Below are positions 61,110-64,000 of a DNA stretch of 64,000 bases, in pieces; the first letter of the stretch is position 1, and each line of letters starts with the position of its first letter. The stretch lies in NCBI GenBank assembly GCA_965214935.1, contig CBDCCS010000010.1:32001-96000 (forward strand), read 5' to 3'. The notes beneath the pieces are model-generated. The model did not search any database. It had not been told where the DNA came from and saw only the letters and a program-made list of their open reading frames with translations. The stretch comes from Candidatus Velthaea sp. (GTDB lineage Bacteria > Vulcanimicrobiota > Vulcanimicrobiia > Vulcanimicrobiales > Vulcanimicrobiaceae). The translations under genes and the position numbers were made by a program.

Positions 61110-62545
61110 ATGTTGAACTCCGCTGCAGCAACGGGCTCCCACGCTTCGCGTTCCGCGAGGCCGACGCGTGCAAAGCCGCTTTTCGGCCGGCCGTCGCCGC
61201 CGTTCGCGATTCCGCTATAGCCGATGCGCGCCAATGTTTGCGGATGCCCCAAATAATGTTTGACGGCGTCCGCGCATACGTCCGCGAACCACCTGCGCAT
61301 TTGAGCCGCGTTCAATGCAGCGGACGAATCGGCAGCAGCGTCGGCGAGTTGCAAGCCGTCGCCGGCGATACGCGTTAACAGTTGGTCCTGCCCTGCGCCT
61401 TGCAGCGCAGCAAAGTCGTGCCCGTACGCTTGACGCGCCGCTTCGTTGAGGGTCAGCAGCGCAGCACGATACGCTTGGGCATCGGGCGGCAACTCGGCGA
61501 AGCGCCACCCGTCGCCTGGTCCGAGCACCAGTTCGGTGTCGATGCGCGCTGCAAGATCGATTCGTCCGGTACCGGTCTGCGGTACGACGCGATCGAGTAC
61601 GGCGCGCAGCGCAGCAAAGGCACCTCGATCCATGGCGGCGGGTGCGTAGTCTGCATCATCGGGCCGTTCGCGTACTCGCAGCACCGCGCGTGTTTTTTCG
61701 CCGACGCGGTTTGAAGCAATGAGGTCGCGATAGGCGTTACTCGCCGCCGTCAAATGCTCGCGGTGACGAACCACTGCTGCCGCGTGGTCGTCGATCGAGC
61801 GCGCGAGTTCTTGTGGACGTTCGAGCGGCAGCAAATGTTTTGCGCCGGCGATCGTTATCAGGCGTGCGTTTGCAAAATGCGGCACCATCTTCACACGCTG
61901 CGCGGCCGGACCAAGATTTGCGTCGTTGGCACCGGCGACGATCAACGCCGGCGTTTGCAGAACGCCCACCCGATCGGTCCAATCTTCGCGACTGCCGGCT
62001 TCCAACCACGCGCGCCAAGCGGCGCGGTTCGCTCGCAGCACGTCGCTAACCGCGGAATCGTTGAGCTTCAATCCCAAATTAGCGCTGATATTGGCGTCGA
62101 CATAGCGTTGCGCGTCGGTGCGATTCGAGAATGCATCGCCATCGAACCAGCCGAGCATCGCTTGCCGTTGGGCTTCATCCATCGGTTCAGGACCGGGCGG
62201 CGAGCCGGCGACGAGGATGATCCCTTCGAGGCCGGCGAGTCCGGTCGCACCGTCTTCGGCGCGGCGCGCCAGCACCGCAGCTACTTTTGCACCCATGCTA
62301 TGACCGGCGATCATCCATCGGCGCGGCGCGCGCAAGTGTATCTCCCGTGCGATGGTGGCCGCCATCTCTTCCACCGTGTAGCCCTCAACCGCGGCCGCCA
62401 TGCCGAAGCCCGGTAGATCGAGACCCTCGCAGCGCAACCGTTCAAGGAGTGCGCCGACCGGTGCCCATTCTCGCCGGCTGCCGCCCAGATAGTGAAGACA
62501 AAACAGTAACGGACGATCGTAATCGGGGGGCTGGACCTCAAACAC
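61106..62545 (-). CDS. Alpha/beta hydrolase fused to a gluconate 2-dehydrogenase subunit 3-like domain
   Basis: HYLGGS, DLPGFG, GHSMG, KHLLPLE; C-terminal DGWR.A.LPPD..AY...Y.GHP...IGY.G. Confidence 0.85.
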   Translation of the reverse strand: MFEVQPPDYDRPLLFCLHYLGGSRREWAPVGALLERLRCEGLDLPGFGMAAAVEGYTVEEMAATIAREIHLRAPRRWMIAGHSMGAKVAAVLARRAEDGATGLAGLEGIILVAGSPPGPEPMDEAQRQAMLGWFDGDAFSNRTDAQRYVDANISANLGLKLNDSAVSDVLRANRAAWRAWLEAGSREDWTDRVGVLQTPALIVAGANDANLGPAAQRVKMVPHFANARLITIAGAKHLLPLERPQELARSIDDHAAAVVRHREHLTAASNAYRDLIASNRVGEKTRAVLRVRERPDDADYAPAAMDRGAFAALRAVLDRVVPQTGTGRIDLAARIDTELVLGPGDGWRFAELPPDAQAYRAALLTLNEAARQAYGHDFAALQGAGQDQLLTRIAGDGLQLADAAADSSAALNAAQMRRWFADVCADAVKHYLGHPQTLARIGYSGIANGGDGRPKSGFARVGLAEREAWEPVAAAEFNI

Positions 62546-62722
62546 AGATCGTCAGACGCTCCGGAGAAATAATTGATTCCGGACGATCTCCGTCTTAACG
62601 TCAACGCGTACGTGCAGCGTGCTGCCGCCGGTTCCCTGCGTCGCTTTTGCGTTGCTGTGTGCGGTCTACGACGTGCGCTGTTCGCTCGCGAAGAACTCGG
62701 TTACCGGCTTCCGCGCAATTGC

Positions 62723-63403
62723 CTAACGTGCAAATGCGCTAACGAGCGGAACACCCGCAACCGACATCGCGACAGCCATCAGACACATTGCAAGCGACGC
62801 TGCCGCACCGCTCGTTTCGCCCTCCGCTACGGCTTGCGCCGTACCGATACCGTGCGAGATACATCCGAGGGCCAGGCCACGGGAAAGCGCATCGCGCAGT
62901 CGCAATAAGTCGAGCAACGCCGGACCGATGACAGCACCGCAAATACCGGTCGCGACGACGACGACGGCGATCAACGCCGGCGAAATCTGCATGAACGAGG
63001 CATACTGGATTGCAACTGCTGCCGTGACGGATTTCAGCAGCAGCAGTGCGGTTATTCCGCGATCGAGCCGCATGAGGTGTGCTAACAACACACTGACGAC
63101 GATTGTCGCCGCCGTACCACTTGCCAAGCCCGTCACGAAGGCGAGCCCGTTGCAACGTAAGACGGAGCGTTGCTTGTACAGGATAACGCCGAGAGCAGCG
63201 CAAGCCGGACCGATCCATACCGTAATCGATTGCTGCCCCAGTGCATAATCGGCGTACGACATGCGGCTTAGTTGCAACAAGATGATAATGAAAATGACCG
63301 ACGTTAACGCCGGTGTCGTGAATGGCGACGTCCAGCGTTTGCGCAGGTGCAAGCTTATGATATACGCACTCAAGGTGAGCGCTAACGCGCCGACGTCATT
63401 CAT
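62723..63403 (-). CDS. lrgB: LrgB family protein
   Basis: GPA..AL...LY.Q, KSVT, G.ALG..SHGIGTA. Confidence 0.9.
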   Translation of the reverse strand: MNDVGALALTLSAYIISLHLRKRWTSPFTTPALTSVIFIIILLQLSRMSYADYALGQQSITVWIGPACAALGVILYKQRSVLRCNGLAFVTGLASGTAATIVVSVLLAHLMRLDRGITALLLLKSVTAAVAIQYASFMQISPALIAVVVVATGICGAVIGPALLDLLRLRDALSRGLALGCISHGIGTAQAVAEGETSGAAASLAMCLMAVAMSVAGVPLVSAFAR

Positions 63404-63791
63404 GCTGCACCTGTCGCGTGCGAATAGCGTTCGCTGTAACGGCGGCAGTCGCGATCCCGGCACCGACGCTGAGAAGTACGATTGCAGCCAGCGGTGCGAG
63501 CAAGGTGCTCGCTCCGCGCAATGCGATGATGCCGACGGCGAACGGTACAAAGAACAAGCTGAGGTGCCGTACGAGCAGCGTGGCGCCGCGGTCGAGAGAT
63601 TTGAGCGGAATGCAGCCGCTCGTCAAGAGCGCAAAAGTAACGAGCATCGCAAGAGCGTTGCTCGGAACGGGGACATGAAGCCGGCGCGTTAATTCGTTCG
63701 TACCAGCGCTGATTGCCCAAAACGCGGCAAGGGCAAGAACGTACTCGGCGATGGTGAGCGTCCGGGAAGAGATCGAAACGCCTGAACGCAT
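63396..63791 (-). CDS. CidA/LrgA family protein
   Basis: PVP.....M...F.LL, L.LFFVP.AVG; directly upstream of and overlapping lrgB. Confidence 0.9.
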   Translation of the reverse strand: MRSGVSISSRTLTIAEYVLALAAFWAISAGTNELTRRLHVPVPSNALAMLVTFALLTSGCIPLKSLDRGATLLVRHLSLFFVPFAVGIIALRGASTLLAPLAAIVLLSVGAGIATAAVTANAIRTRQVQHE

Positions 63792-64000
63792 GGACGAACC
63801 TCAACGAGCGGCGCGTTCAAAGCCGGATACCGATGGCTTGGCAACGCGGGCTTCGATCGACATCATAAAACACAAACGCGCTGCGTCGCATCCGTAGTGC
63901 ATCGCGGTCGCGCCGGCGCCGACCATTAAATAGCGGAGGCTTGAACGGTCGCTACGGCAGCTTGAGCTGTAACAACGCTAAGGTGCGGTCGTCGGCTGCT

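Noticed and set aside
62723..63791. cidA/lrgB-like genes as evidence of a prophage lysis cassette
   Set aside because: Common chromosomal genes; no phage genes in the window.
1..64000. CRISPR array, tRNA, rRNA, integron attC array or riboswitch
   Set aside because: No regularly spaced repeats or recognisable RNA signatures seen by eye; an Rfam/tRNAscan run would be needed to exclude small RNAs.

Overview
GC-rich bacterial accessory region of about 55 genes and gene remnants; no rRNA, tRNA or CRISPR array was recognisable by eye. All family calls come from visually recognised motifs, not database searches, and start codons are best guesses. Layout: (1) 1-17 kb: metabolic genes (PhyH dioxygenase, SDR, sensor diguanylate cyclase, methyltransferase, aldo/keto reductase, cyclase-family hydrolase, sugar ABC transporter) plus a single-ORF phosphatase + ADP-ribosylglycohydrolase + RelA/SpoT-type HD hydrolase fusion. 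(2) 17-39.5 kb: a conflict/decay island with a polymorphic EndoU toxin and orphan toxin-immunity modules, a SNF2 + SWIM pair, several toxin-antitoxin modules, Uma2 nucleases, a Cap4/DUF4297-like nuclease with membrane helices, an IS21 remnant and a caspase-BKACE deletion junction. (3) 40.2-47.9 kb: an eight-gene convergent C7-cyclitol (carbasugar) cluster around a sedoheptulose-7-phosphate cyclase, lying inside an old duplicated MarR-Uma2-SRPBCC-oxidoreductase unit. (4) 49-64 kb: ArsR-SRPBCC, secreted adenosine deaminase, oxidoreductases, a multicopper oxidase with reversed motif order, and cidA/lrgB-like genes. Best candidates for undescribed biology: the cyclitol cluster, the triple hydrolase fusion, the toxin locus with no recognisable delivery domain, and the nuclease-TM protein.
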